Source: an uncultured Bacteroidales bacterium
Lineage (GTDB): Bacteria > Pseudomonadota > Alphaproteobacteria > Rs-D84 > CACZYB01
DNA length: 38,961 nt
Reading direction: 5' to 3'
Assembly (NCBI GenBank): GCA_964530355.1
Contig: CAZHAL010000001.1
Location: 1-38,961 of the forward strand
Every line of letters begins with the position of its first letter. The first letter of the stretch is position 1. Shown in pieces: positions 1 to 10,742 of this stretch. Position numbers and translations under genes: made by a program. The notes beneath the pieces are model-generated. The model saw only the letters and a program-made list of their open reading frames with translations, made no database searches and was not told the DNA's origin.

Positions 1-583
1 AATCAACACCTAATGAAAGAGCAAATTCCAAATCGTCCAAATCTTTTTCTGTAAACACAGGAAGATTAACAACAGTATTTGGAAGATTGAATCCCTTTCT
101 GTCTGAAATCATACCGCCGACAATAACTTTTGTTTTAACGGCACCGGCTGATTTCTCAATAACTTGCACTTTGATTTTACCGTCGTTGATAAGAACGTAA
201 TCACCGACTTTTAATGCATCAAGAATTGCAACGTTTGGAAGTTGAACTCTTGTGTTATCACCAAGCTCTTCTTTGTTATCAAAAGTAAATTCTTGTCCGT
301 CAACAAGCATTTCTTTTTCATTTTTAAATTTACCGACACGAAGTTTTGGTCCCTGCATATCAGCAAGAATACCGATTTTCTTATTTAATTCCTTTTCAAT
401 TCTTTTAATATTATCAAATCTTTTTTTGTGATCTTCATGTGATCCATGTGAAAAGTTAAGACGGCAAACATTAACGCCGGCTTCAATCACAGCCTTTAAA
501 TTTTCATATTCTTCCGTAGAAGGTCCGATAGTTGCAACGATTTTTGTGAATCTGTAATTATTATCAAGATTTTTCAAATCCAT
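1..583 (-). CDS. pyk: Pyruvate kinase, N-terminal part (5' end inside window, ORF runs off the left edge)
   Basis: Reverse translation from ATG at 583 (RBS AAGAGGAAA upstream) reads MDLKNLDNNYRFTKIVATIGPSTEEYENLKAVIEAGVNVCRLNFSHGSHEDHKKR...ILADMQGPKLRVGK. This is the conserved pyruvate kinase N-terminus. It is absent from the ORF track because it is truncated by the window edge. Confidence 0.85.
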   Translation of the reverse strand, partial: MDLKNLDNNYRFTKIVATIGPSTEEYENLKAVIEAGVNVCRLNFSHGSHEDHKKRFDNIKRIEKELNKKIGILADMQGPKLRVGKFKNEKEMLVDGQEFTFDNKEELGDNTRVQLPNVAILDALKVGDYVLINDGKIKVQVIEKSAGAVKTKVIVGGMISDRKGFNLPNTVVNLPVFTEKDLDDLEFALSLGVD

Positions 584-627
584 TTTAATTTCCTCTTTGT
601 TATTTATTATTTTTTTTATTTTTTTAC

Positions 628-656
628 TTGTAGTTAAGTAATTTTATGGGTAATAT
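628..656 (+). promoter_or_regulatory. Candidate sigma70-type promoter for gapR (TTGTAG-N17-TAATAT)
   Basis: The hexamers and 17-nt spacer were read directly, about 65 nt upstream of the gapR ATG. AT-rich background makes chance matches common. Confidence 0.3.
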
Positions 657-719
657 AATACATTATATTTTAAGTTTTACAACTTATTTTTTATTAACTT
701 TTATAAAAAGGAGATACAA

Positions 720-962
720 ATGGCAAAAACCGACGGAATAGATGCAACACAACTTAAAAGTTTTATGGATAGAATTGAAAGATTGGAAGAAGAAATGGCA
801 AATATCAGAAGTGATATCCGTGAAATTTATGCAGAGGCAAAAAGCTACGGATATGATCCGAAAATTATGCGAGTAATCCTTCGTCTTCAAAAGCTTGATG
901 AAGCAGACAGAAGCGAACTTGATGAGCTAACCGAAACTTACAGAGTTGCTTTAAACGTATAA
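720..962 (+). CDS. gapR: DUF2312 / GapR-family nucleoid-associated DNA-binding protein
   Basis: 80-aa protein MAKTDGIDATQLKSFMDRIERLEEEMANIRSDIREIYAEAKSYGYDPKIMRVILRLQK matches the alphaproteobacterial GapR/DUF2312 pattern. RBS AAGGAG lies 6 nt upstream. Confidence 0.8.
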   Translation: MAKTDGIDATQLKSFMDRIERLEEEMANIRSDIREIYAEAKSYGYDPKIMRVILRLQKLDEADRSELDELTETYRVALNV

Positions 963-995
963 AAAAACGCCCCTCCAAAGAGGGGTTTTATTTTA
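961..995. terminator. Bidirectional rho-independent terminator between gapR and the DUF5131 gene
   Basis: Stem CCCCTC (970-975) / GAGGGG (980-985) with loop CAAA, flanked by an A-run on the left and a T-run on the right. Confidence 0.7.
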
Positions 996-1871
996 CATAT
1001 TACCGCATTTATTACAACCGCTACACCCGTTACAAATAAGCCTTCCTCCGCATTCCTCACAATTCTTACCAAACTTTTTTTGATAAAGGTTATTATTCCC
1101 GAACAAATCCCCCTTTGGTAAATTAAGTCTGAAATCAATGTCCTTACCTTCGAATTGCAATCCGGATTTATATGCCATCACTGACTGAATTCGCTTATTT
1201 TTCAAATGATACCTTTTCCCGTCTTTAAGGAAAACATTTCCCGTTTCCATAAAACAAAATCTTATATTCTCACCGACACATTCATCATACAACTTTTTCA
1301 CCCAATCATAATTGCACACCCGCGCACCGTCATAATTCTCACCACCGACAATCACTTCCTCAATCTGTCCAGTTTTTAAATAAGGCAAAAGAGAAACTTC
1401 CCCGATAAACGGTGCACAGATAACACCTTTATGTTTAAATGGAAGTGATAAAAGTATAGGGATTCGCTCATCAGCCCTTATTTGATTTTCCGCTGTTATA
1501 TGAAGGAAACAATTTTCCCAACCATCACCCCAATCAGACGGAAGACAAGCCTCGATTCGCTCCGGCCTTTTCGTGATAAAACGAAAGACAACATCACTAC
1601 GTTGCCTTATAATATCCCAAGCATCACTCCGCCACTCATCCGCTTCCTCCAAGAAAAAATCCGAGGTCATACACACACGCAAAGTTTCCCCGCTTTTTAT
1701 TTTATAGGAACCGTCCTTGTTTTTATGAAGCGGATAATCAAAATTATTCCTTACCTTATAAACTTTCGAACCGGCTTGCCCCCTTTGTTTATCAAGGTAA
1801 TACATATAGCAATTCTGACACCCTTCACTTTTTTTAAAACACCCGTGCCAGGGATTCCAAATATCGTGCAT
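993..1871 (-). CDS. DUF5131 (phage Gp37/Gp68-like) family protein with a Cys-rich C-terminal tail
   Basis: N-terminus MHDIWNPWHGCFKKSEGCQNCYMY matches the WNPW-GC-x-S-x-GC-x-x-CY signature of the Gp37/Gp68 (DUF5131) family. The C-terminus is CEECGGRLICNGCSGCNKCGNM. Confidence 0.7.
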   Translation of the reverse strand: MHDIWNPWHGCFKKSEGCQNCYMYYLDKQRGQAGSKVYKVRNNFDYPLHKNKDGSYKIKSGETLRVCMTSDFFLEEADEWRSDAWDIIRQRSDVVFRFITKRPERIEACLPSDWGDGWENCFLHITAENQIRADERIPILLSLPFKHKGVICAPFIGEVSLLPYLKTGQIEEVIVGGENYDGARVCNYDWVKKLYDECVGENIRFCFMETGNVFLKDGKRYHLKNKRIQSVMAYKSGLQFEGKDIDFRLNLPKGDLFGNNNLYQKKFGKNCEECGGRLICNGCSGCNKCGNM

Positions 1872-1874
1872 AAA

Positions 1875-2243
1875 CTACTCTTCCAAATCTTTTTTCACAT
1901 CATCAGAATTTAAAATATCATCGATTCGTTTTGCATAATCAAGACTCGTATCAAGTTTGAAAATCAATGTTGGAGTAGAACGAAACTCACTGTTATTTGC
2001 AAGCTCATATCTGACCTCCGAACTGATTTCATTTAACTTTTTTACAACTTCCTCATTCTTAGACGAGTCAAGTGCCGACACATACACAACCGCACTTTCA
2101 AACCCGCGCGAAGGAACAACCTCTAATATAGAAAACAAATCCTTTATTTTATATTCAAACCTGCCATCCAAAAAAAGTTGTGAAAGTTTCCGTTTAATGG
2201 CCTCACCAACCTGATAATGTCTTTTTGAAATTTCTTTTTTCAT
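1875..2243 (-). CDS. rbfA: Ribosome-binding factor A
   Basis: 122 aa. SKRHYQVGEAIKRKLSQLF...EVVPSRGFESAVVYVS...LNEISSEVRYELANNSEFRSTPTLIFKLD fits the RbfA KH-like fold pattern. Confidence 0.8.
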   Translation of the reverse strand: MKKEISKRHYQVGEAIKRKLSQLFLDGRFEYKIKDLFSILEVVPSRGFESAVVYVSALDSSKNEEVVKKLNEISSEVRYELANNSEFRSTPTLIFKLDTSLDYAKRIDDILNSDDVKKDLEE

Positions 2244-2316
2244 TTTTTACCTCTTAAAAAAACTGCTATAAAATATATAGCAGTTATAATACCTTACATC
2301 CGAAAAATCTGCAATA

Positions 2317-2940
2317 TTATTTTGAAAGTTTGTCACCTAATTTAATATTTGCTTTTTTAATTGTTCCGGCAGGAAGCTCTATCACATATCTGGTTGCTTT
2401 TTCTGAACCTGAAAACACTGCTTCACATTCATCAAAGAAAGCATCAATATCCCAATTTTTATCATCAGGATGTTTTACCGCTTCTGCCTCATATTCCAAA
2501 TTACAAGGATTGATATAATCTTCGGTCAATGGCTCTCTGTCATTTGCAAGAGCTACTACAACACCATCATTGTTAAGGAAAACCATATCCAAAGGAACAT
2601 AAGTATTTTTCATCCACATAGAATAGTAATCAGGCTTTCCAAAATCAAAAATCATACCTGTATTTTCTGGAACATCTTTTCTGTTCATTAAACCTGTAAG
2701 TCTTGCTTCATCATTATCCGCTACTTCCAATTTCAAATCAACCTTTTGCTTTTTTCCGTCCACAGACATAATTTTATAATTTTCTACTTTAAGGTTACTG
2801 TTTACCTTTTTACATGGGAAAAATGACTTTACTCCGAATGCAATGGCAACCACCAAAGCAACAAGGAAAATTATCAACCAAAGTTTTCCGTGTCCGCCCT
2901 TTTTAACATTAGATTTTTTTGCACTTTTTTTATTTACCAT
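2317..2940 (-). CDS. DUF192 domain protein, N-terminally membrane-anchored
   Basis: TM segment LWLIIFLVALVVAIAFGV, then GLMNRKDVPENTGMIFDF...SMWMKNTYVPLDMVFLNNDG, which matches the DUF192 core motif. Confidence 0.65.
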   Translation of the reverse strand: MVNKKSAKKSNVKKGGHGKLWLIIFLVALVVAIAFGVKSFFPCKKVNSNLKVENYKIMSVDGKKQKVDLKLEVADNDEARLTGLMNRKDVPENTGMIFDFGKPDYYSMWMKNTYVPLDMVFLNNDGVVVALANDREPLTEDYINPCNLEYEAEAVKHPDDKNWDIDAFFDECEAVFSGSEKATRYVIELPAGTIKKANIKLGDKLSK

Positions 2941-2976
2941 AATATCCTCCGATTTTTTATTATTAACAAATATATA

Positions 2977-3930
2977 TTACCGCAAAATAACAAAACTATC
3001 AACATTTACTTTTTTTTTATTTTTTAAAACCTCTGCACCGGTCACCACATCCAAAAGCTCATCCGTAATTTCCGTTTGCCGTCTTTGCTGATATTCAAGG
3101 TTCATTTGATCCAAATGTTCATCAATATTTTTCTCTGCATTTTGCATAGTCATCATCCGAGTAAAATGTTCCGCCGACAAACTTTGGGAAATCGCTTTAT
3201 ACACATTCACAAACAAAAGTTGTCTGATAAAGGAGGAAAACAATCCCGCCTCATCAAAATTATACATAGGGATTTGATTATCATCCCATTTCCTTTTTTT
3301 AATCTTTTTCAAAAATTCCGTATCCACAGGCAAAAGTTGCACCATATCTTGATCAAACGCGGTCGAGCTGACCTTTCTGTTGAAAAACAAAAGGACTTTC
3401 AAATCCCCCTTTGAAAAATTAAGATACGCATCATCTTCATCTTTCCCTTCTACGTGAAGCTCGGTCAAACGAAGTATTATTTTTTTCGCAACCGAAATCA
3501 TCATTTTCACCGAACTTGGCATAGAAAACAAAGTATTTACGTTCCAACCTTCCGCCAACACTTTAGATGAAAGACTTTTACCCGCAACAATCAAGGATAC
3601 GTCCTCTTTGCTTATCTCATTTTTTTTGAAATAGTCAAAAGCATAATTCACAATCATTTTATTAAATTTACCGACCAAGCCCTGATCCGAACCTATAAGA
3701 ACGGCAATCACCTTTTGATGTTTCGAATTTTTCTTTAAATCCGGAATATTAGTATCCCTTAAAACAGCCTGCAAAGCTTTTTCTATTATATCGGAATAAT
3801 TTTGAAGGGCACGGGTAGATTTTTCATACTGTCCCACACTTACCGCAGACAAAGTTTTCATACTGCTCACAATATCTTTAAGTGAGGAAGTAGTCTTTAT
3901 TCGCTTTTTTAATCCTTCAAGTGTTTGCAT
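2977..3930 (-). CDS. atpG: ATP synthase gamma subunit (last gene of an N-ATPase-type operon)
   Basis: N-terminus LKKRIKTTSSLKDIVSSMKTLSAVS and C-terminus RQTEITDELLDVVTGAE match the gamma subunit termini. It follows atpA with a 1-nt gap. Confidence 0.85.
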   Translation of the reverse strand: MQTLEGLKKRIKTTSSLKDIVSSMKTLSAVSVGQYEKSTRALQNYSDIIEKALQAVLRDTNIPDLKKNSKHQKVIAVLIGSDQGLVGKFNKMIVNYAFDYFKKNEISKEDVSLIVAGKSLSSKVLAEGWNVNTLFSMPSSVKMMISVAKKIILRLTELHVEGKDEDDAYLNFSKGDLKVLLFFNRKVSSTAFDQDMVQLLPVDTEFLKKIKKRKWDDNQIPMYNFDEAGLFSSFIRQLLFVNVYKAISQSLSAEHFTRMMTMQNAEKNIDEHLDQMNLEYQQRRQTEITDELLDVVTGAEVLKNKKKVNVDSFVILR

Positions 3931-3931
3931 A

Positions 3932-5446
3932 CTATTCCTCTATATACTTTTTTGCAACATCTTCCGCCAATGTTTTAATTGCATCTTTAAATTCATCTTT
4001 TAATGTCGCCCCGTTATCAATTTCCGTTAACACAGCCTTTATTTCCGCATTCGCCCGTTTAAGGAGTTCCGCTTCCGCATCAGGAATACGTTTAACATCA
4101 ATATCATCAAATACACCTACATTAGTTGCGTAAATAATAACAATTTGTTCCGACGCACGAAGAGGTTGATACTGAGGTTGTTTTAAAACCGCCCTTATCC
4201 GCTCACCTCTTAACAAAGTTTTTCTTGTATCTTCATCAAGCTGAGTTCCGAATTTCGAAAACGCCTCCAATTCTTCAAATTGAGAATACGAAATTTTCAT
4301 ATCGCCCGACACCGCTTTATAAGCCGGAAGCTGAGCCTTTGACCCGACACGGGAAACCGAAATACCTATATTTATCGCTGGTATAATACCCTTTGAAAAC
4401 AAAGTATTAGTTAAAAATATCTGACCGTCGGTAATGGAAATAAGATTCGTCGGAATATACGCCGAAACATTTTCCGCCAACGTTTCACAAATCGGAAGTG
4501 CGGTCAACGACCCCCCGCCATATTCTTTTTTAAGCCTTGTTGAACGCTCCAACAATCTGGAATGCACATAAAATATATCACCGGGGAAAGCCTCACGTCC
4601 AGGTGGGCGTCTTAAAAACAAAGACAACTGCCTGTATGCCTGTGCATGGAAAGTCAAATTATCATAAATAATAAGGACATCTTTACCTTCCTTCTCCATA
4701 AAATATTCAGCCATAGAAGTCGCCGCATACGGTGCCACATACAAAAGCCCCGGGGACTGTTCCCCGCCGGCAACAACGACAATGGTATTTTTCATACAAT
4801 CTTTTTTCTTTAAAACATCTATCACCTTTGCGACACTGTCCGCCCTGCTTCCTATTGCACAATAAACACAAATAACACCTGTATCTTTTTGTGCAAGTAT
4901 AGCATCAACCGCAATCGCAGTTTTTCCCGTCTGCCTGTCCCCAAGGATAAGTTCTCTTTGCCCCCTGCCGATAGGAATAATCGCATCTATTGCTTTAAGT
5001 CCGGTTTGAAGAGGAACCGACACTTCCTGCCTTTCCATAATCTGATGAGCTTCACGCTCTATATTATACCGCTCGGTCGCAACAATCTTTGCCCCGCCGT
5101 CCAAAGGATTCCCAAGGGGATCCACCACACGTCCCAAAAGCGCAGGTCCGACAGGCACATCCGCGATTCGCCCTGTTCTTTTTACCTTTTCCCCTGCCTC
5201 TATATTCTGAGGATTATCAAGAAGGACTATACCCACCGTATCTTCGTTAAGGTTTATAACTATACCAAGACTGTCCTTTATCTCAACAAGCTCATCCATT
5301 TTCACCGAAGACAGCCCCGTCGCTCTGACAATACTGCCTATGACTTCAACAACCTCACCAACCTCTTCCGATACAATATGAGCCTTTGTTTTTTTTGAAA
5401 CAGAACTTACCTCGTTCAAAGTTTTTTTAACCGTTTCCTTTAACAT
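3932..5446 (-). CDS. atpA: ATP synthase alpha subunit
   Basis: Walker A GDRQTGKT, plus ...[20 protein letters not shown]... and ...ITDGQIFL..., all diagnostic alpha-subunit motifs. Confidence 0.95.
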   Translation of the reverse strand: MLKETVKKTLNEVSSVSKKTKAHIVSEEVGEVVEVIGSIVRATGLSSVKMDELVEIKDSLGIVINLNEDTVGIVLLDNPQNIEAGEKVKRTGRIADVPVGPALLGRVVDPLGNPLDGGAKIVATERYNIEREAHQIMERQEVSVPLQTGLKAIDAIIPIGRGQRELILGDRQTGKTAIAVDAILAQKDTGVICVYCAIGSRADSVAKVIDVLKKKDCMKNTIVVVAGGEQSPGLLYVAPYAATSMAEYFMEKEGKDVLIIYDNLTFHAQAYRQLSLFLRRPPGREAFPGDIFYVHSRLLERSTRLKKEYGGGSLTALPICETLAENVSAYIPTNLISITDGQIFLTNTLFSKGIIPAINIGISVSRVGSKAQLPAYKAVSGDMKISYSQFEELEAFSKFGTQLDEDTRKTLLRGERIRAVLKQPQYQPLRASEQIVIIYATNVGVFDDIDVKRIPDAEAELLKRANAEIKAVLTEIDNGATLKDEFKDAIKTLAEDVAKKYIEE

Positions 5447-5455
5447 ACCCTCCTC

Positions 5456-6250
5456 CTACTTATCCTTTTTCTCAACAACTTTTTCTGTCTTAGTCAAATT
5501 TGCAATCGCATTATCCAAATTCGTTTTAAGTGCGGATATATAAGTATCCATTCCGTATCTGATAAGAAGAGAATCACAAATAACCTCTATCCCGCACAAA
5601 ATAGATAAATCAATTTTAAATTCAACATTACTAATCTTTTTACCGATAAGTTGAGAAAGTGCCGTTTTAATTTTCGCTTCCTCTTTACTCCCGATTTTAA
5701 AAGATGTCGCAACAACAATATGCTTGGATTTATTATAAAATTCATTGATAAGTTCGGATTTTTCAATTTTCCCCTTTGAAATCTTATCAATAAAATTTTC
5801 TAAAATAACCGTTTGAACATCTTCATTCGCCAAATCTTTAAGTGCAGCCGAAACAGTATTCACAATGACATCCCCTGCGATATCGGAAATCGACATACGA
5901 AGAGCTTCCCGCTCCTCTACCAACTGTTTATCAAAAGCCGACTTTTTCGCATTTATTTCGGAATTAAGATATTTCATCAAAAGAGCCTGTTCCTTTTCCG
6001 ACTTCTTATGTGCCTCTGCAATAACATCACTTTTTGCATTTTCCACCTCGGCTATTTTTTTAAGAAGCTGTTTTTTCTCTTTCTCAGCCTCAATCCTGGC
6101 TTCCTCCGCCTCTTTAAGTCGCGATTGTATAGCCTTTTCACGCTTATCCATAGAAGACAGCACCGGAGCAAAAAGATATTTTTTAAGTATCCATACAATA
6201 ACTAAAAAGTTTATAGTCTGAAAAAATACAGTACTCCAATTTATATTCAT
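5456..6250 (-). CDS. atpF: ATP synthase b subunit fused to a delta/OSCP-like C-terminal domain
   Basis: N-terminal TM plus long charged coiled coil typical of subunit b. The C-terminal ~100 aa (VVATSFKIGSKEEAKIKTALSQLIGKK...IDLSILCGIEVICDSLLIRYGMDTYISALKTNL) resemble the delta-subunit C-terminus (D-x-SLIGG...GD-x-x-D-x-S pattern). No separate atpH is present in the operon. Confidence 0.75.
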   Translation of the reverse strand: MNINWSTVFFQTINFLVIVWILKKYLFAPVLSSMDKREKAIQSRLKEAEEARIEAEKEKKQLLKKIAEVENAKSDVIAEAHKKSEKEQALLMKYLNSEINAKKSAFDKQLVEEREALRMSISDIAGDVIVNTVSAALKDLANEDVQTVILENFIDKISKGKIEKSELINEFYNKSKHIVVATSFKIGSKEEAKIKTALSQLIGKKISNVEFKIDLSILCGIEVICDSLLIRYGMDTYISALKTNLDNAIANLTKTEKVVEKKDK

Positions 6251-6281
6251 AATAAATCCCTTACTTTTTCAAAAGCATTTT

Positions 6282-6563
6282 TTATTTTGCAAGTTGTTCG
6301 ACACCATAGTTCCAAAACGGATTACTGAATATCAAAATCATTGAAACCAAAAGTGCATAAATCGCTGTTGATTCAAGCATAGCAAGAGCAACAAACAAAG
6401 TGCTTCTGATACTGCTTGCTTCATCCGGTTGTTGTGCCATAGAAGCCAAAGCCTGTCTAACGGAATTACCTTCCGCAAGTGAAGGACCCAAACCTCCTAT
6501 ACCAACCGCAAACGATGCTCCTAACACAGATGCAACTGCAATCCAAACTAATCCCATATCCAT
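6282..6563 (-). CDS. atpE: ATP synthase c subunit with a Na+-type ion-binding signature
   Basis: 93-aa two-helix hairpin. Loop QQPDEASSIR (compare RQPE). Helix 2 is LAMLESTAIYALLV, giving E64-S65-T66-x-x-Y69. Confidence 0.9.
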   Translation of the reverse strand: MDMGLVWIAVASVLGASFAVGIGGLGPSLAEGNSVRQALASMAQQPDEASSIRSTLFVALAMLESTAIYALLVSMILIFSNPFWNYGVEQLAK

Positions 6564-6598
6564 TTTATACCTTCCTTTCGTTTAGTTATTAAAATTTA

Positions 6599-7369
6599 TC
6601 AAATCCGTGAAAGTTGAAGTCTCATCAACTCTTCCTCCTCAGATTCCGTCGGATTCCCCATACCTGCACCGATATATACCATAGCAAGCACAGAAAATAT
6701 ATATGGCTGTATTGTTCCGGCCAAAAGCCCATAAATATTCACCAACCCCGGTATCACAAGCGGAGCAAGTGCAAATATAATAGTAGCCAACAATCCACCG
6801 CTCATTATGTTTCCGTAAAGCCTTATCGCAAGGGACACCCCGCTTGAAACTTCACTTAAAATATTTATAGGGAACATCACTATATAGGGTTCAAAAAATC
6901 TTTTGAAATAACGAATAACGCCAAACTTTTCCATACCAAAGGTAAACACCGAACACATAACAATAAGTGATAACGCCGCCGTTGTTGAAATTGACGCTGT
7001 CGGAGGTATATACCATTCTACCGCACCATCAACAAAAAACGGTATAGGAAGAAGAGCCGTCCAATTCGCAACCAAAATAAAAATAAATAAACTTCCGACA
7101 AGGGGGATAAACCTATCCGCCTTTCGTCCCATCATAGATTCTATTTGATCTCTGACAAACTTAACAATAACTTCCACACCGTTTTGAAACGGCGACATCA
7201 CAAACGAATAATTGAAATTCCGTGTAAGTCTTTTAAAGAAAATAAAAAGAAATAACATTATTGCCCAGGTTCCGACCAATGTCATATTGATATCAATCGT
7301 AACTTGTCGATTAAATATATTAAGGGGTATTTGATAAAATATTATTTCATCAGGACTAATCTTCATCAT
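6599..7369 (-). CDS. atpB: ATP synthase a subunit
   Basis: Polytopic membrane protein with GVSLAIRLYGNIMSGGLL (conserved Arg motif of subunit a). I moved the start to the ATGATG at 7369 (RBS AAAGGGGG upstream), giving a 14-nt overlap with atpR. The track ORF start at 7429 lies inside atpR. Confidence 0.85.
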   Translation of the reverse strand: MMKISPDEIIFYQIPLNIFNRQVTIDINMTLVGTWAIMLFLFIFFKRLTRNFNYSFVMSPFQNGVEVIVKFVRDQIESMMGRKADRFIPLVGSLFIFILVANWTALLPIPFFVDGAVEWYIPPTASISTTAALSLIVMCSVFTFGMEKFGVIRYFKRFFEPYIVMFPINILSEVSSGVSLAIRLYGNIMSGGLLATIIFALAPLVIPGLVNIYGLLAGTIQPYIFSVLAMVYIGAGMGNPTESEEEELMRLQLSRI

Positions 7370-7679
7370 CCGCCCCCTTTTGAGTTGCAAGTTTTTGTTT
7401 TTCCCGCCGAACGAAAAAATATTTAACAACCAAAAATGTTAAAACCATAAGGGCAAGTTCATCCAACGCCCTATAATATTTAAGCATTAAAAAGAAAAAT
7501 ATTCCCGCAAGTGTAAACCTTATTAAAAACGAAGTATAAAAATAAGTCAGATTACCGAACTTTGAATCATCTTCGGTCATAACTCTGTTCATACCGAATT
7601 TTAACATGGTAAAGTAAATAATACTGAACAAAGCCGTTACAAAAATCACAAATAAATATATATACAAACTTTGCATCAC
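7356..7679 (-). CDS. atpR: AtpR-like small membrane protein of N-ATPase operons
   Basis: 107 aa with three hydrophobic segments, one carrying an intramembrane Arg (FLIRFTLAGIFFFL). Its position between atpQ and atpB matches N-ATPase operon architecture. Confidence 0.55.
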   Translation of the reverse strand: MMQSLYIYLFVIFVTALFSIIYFTMLKFGMNRVMTEDDSKFGNLTYFYTSFLIRFTLAGIFFFLMLKYYRALDELALMVLTFLVVKYFFVRREKQKLATQKGADDED

Positions 7680-8013
7680 TTATACTCCTTATTTATCTTA
7701 TCATTTTCCCGTCTTATCCATAACATGGCATTATAACAACCGAGCAAAATCCCGAACAAAATAAAATATAATGTATAGGATAAATGTTCCGACGGATAAT
7801 GTTCATCAACATACATACCTAAATAAGCGGCAATAATCGTAGGAACCGCCACGCTCCAACCGACAAGTCCGAAAAGAGAAAACGCACTAATCACAAATTT
7901 CCTGCGTCCGCTTACAAAAACTTTTCTATCAATTTTTTTGGAAACATTAACTTGCATATCCTTATCTATTTTAGAACTTTTTTTATTTTCAATATTACCG
8001 CGTCTTACCATTT

Positions 8014-8017
<4 letters not shown>
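7676..8017 (-). CDS. atpQ: AtpQ (AtpI/AtpZ-like, ATPase_gene1 family) membrane protein
   Basis: FGLVGWSVAVPTIIAAYLGMYVDEHYP...YFILFGILLGCYNAMLWIRRE matches the two-TM AtpZ/AtpI-like pattern. It has 4-nt ATGA overlaps with both neighbours. Confidence 0.6.
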
Positions 8018-9865
<1,848 letters not shown>

Positions 9866-9882
9866 CTATAAATTATAAATTA

Positions 9883-9911
9883 AATATAACACCTTTTACA
9901 ATTCATATCAA
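9883..9911 (-). promoter_or_regulatory. Candidate promoter of the ATPase operon (TTGATA-N17-TATATT on the minus strand)
   Basis: Hexamers and spacing read directly. It lies about 30 nt upstream of the atpD start, which has RBS AGGGAAGGGG. Confidence 0.4.
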
Positions 9912-9954
9912 TTAAAAAACAATCCTAAAATCTGTAAAAAAAGTTTATATTTAC

Positions 9955-9983
9955 TTGAAATTTAATTTACATAACATTATAGT
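9955..9983 (+). promoter_or_regulatory. Candidate promoter of the virB8-B9-B10 operon (TTGAAA-N17-TATAGT)
   Basis: Hexamers and spacing read directly. It is divergent from the atp promoter, about 25 nt upstream of the virB8 TTG start. Confidence 0.4.
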
Positions 9984-10007
9984 ATAAATGAAATACGGAG
10001 AGGAAAA

Positions 10008-10655
10008 TTGAAAAAAATAGATGAACAAAGATACTTATGGATTTTAAGAGTCTTCGGGATTTTTATGGTATTAAGCGTAATACTGAATCTCATTCTTATC
10101 TTCTCATTTAACAAAATCGCTCCACAAACAAAATGGGAGGCATTTTTTGTTGAATCCCAAGATGACAACATAGACACCGTATATATACAACGTGCATCAA
10201 ATTTAAACATCTCACAAAATTCTATCGGAAGCCAAATCGCAAAAACTTACATCATTGAATATATTATAGACAGGGAAAGTTTATATCTTAATCCTATAAG
10301 GATGAAAAACCTTTGGGGTCCCGACAGCAACATTTTCTTTTTAAGTTCCGAACAAATTTACAGGGATTTTTACAACAGTCGCAATTTCAAAAACGGGATT
10401 TTAAATCCTAATAAACAAATAATAACCGTATCTGTAAATCCGGACGATGTGCAATACCATTCGACACTTAATTTGTGGGAGGCTTTTGCAACATTGACAA
10501 TAACGGATCAATTCGGACTTAACAAAAAATCCGAAATAAGGAAAATTCAAATAAAGGCAAAATTCCTTCAAACCCCGTATAAAAAGAACTCAAAATCAAT
10601 GTGGAAAAATCCTCTTGGCTTTGTAATTGAGGAGTATAAATATATGGGTATTTAG
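10008..10655 (+). CDS. virB8: Type IV secretion protein VirB8 (TTG start)
   Basis: Short cytoplasmic N-terminus, one TM (VFGIFMVLSVILNLILIF), a periplasmic domain with AKTYIIEYIIDRESLY, and the hallmark C-terminal WKNPLGFVIEEYKY (NPLGF-x-V-x-x-Y). RBS GGAGAGG lies before the TTG. Confidence 0.75.
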   Translation: MKKIDEQRYLWILRVFGIFMVLSVILNLILIFSFNKIAPQTKWEAFFVESQDDNIDTVYIQRASNLNISQNSIGSQIAKTYIIEYIIDRESLYLNPIRMKNLWGPDSNIFFLSSEQIYRDFYNSRNFKNGILNPNKQIITVSVNPDDVQYHSTLNLWEAFATLTITDQFGLNKKSEIRKIQIKAKFLQTPYKKNSKSMWKNPLGFVIEEYKYMGI

Positions 10656-10742
10656 TTCAAATTAAAAAAAATTAAAAAAATACTTGTATTATCAATAAAA
10701 AAAAGGCTAAATTATAGAAAGAGGAACAGGAAAGACATAAAA

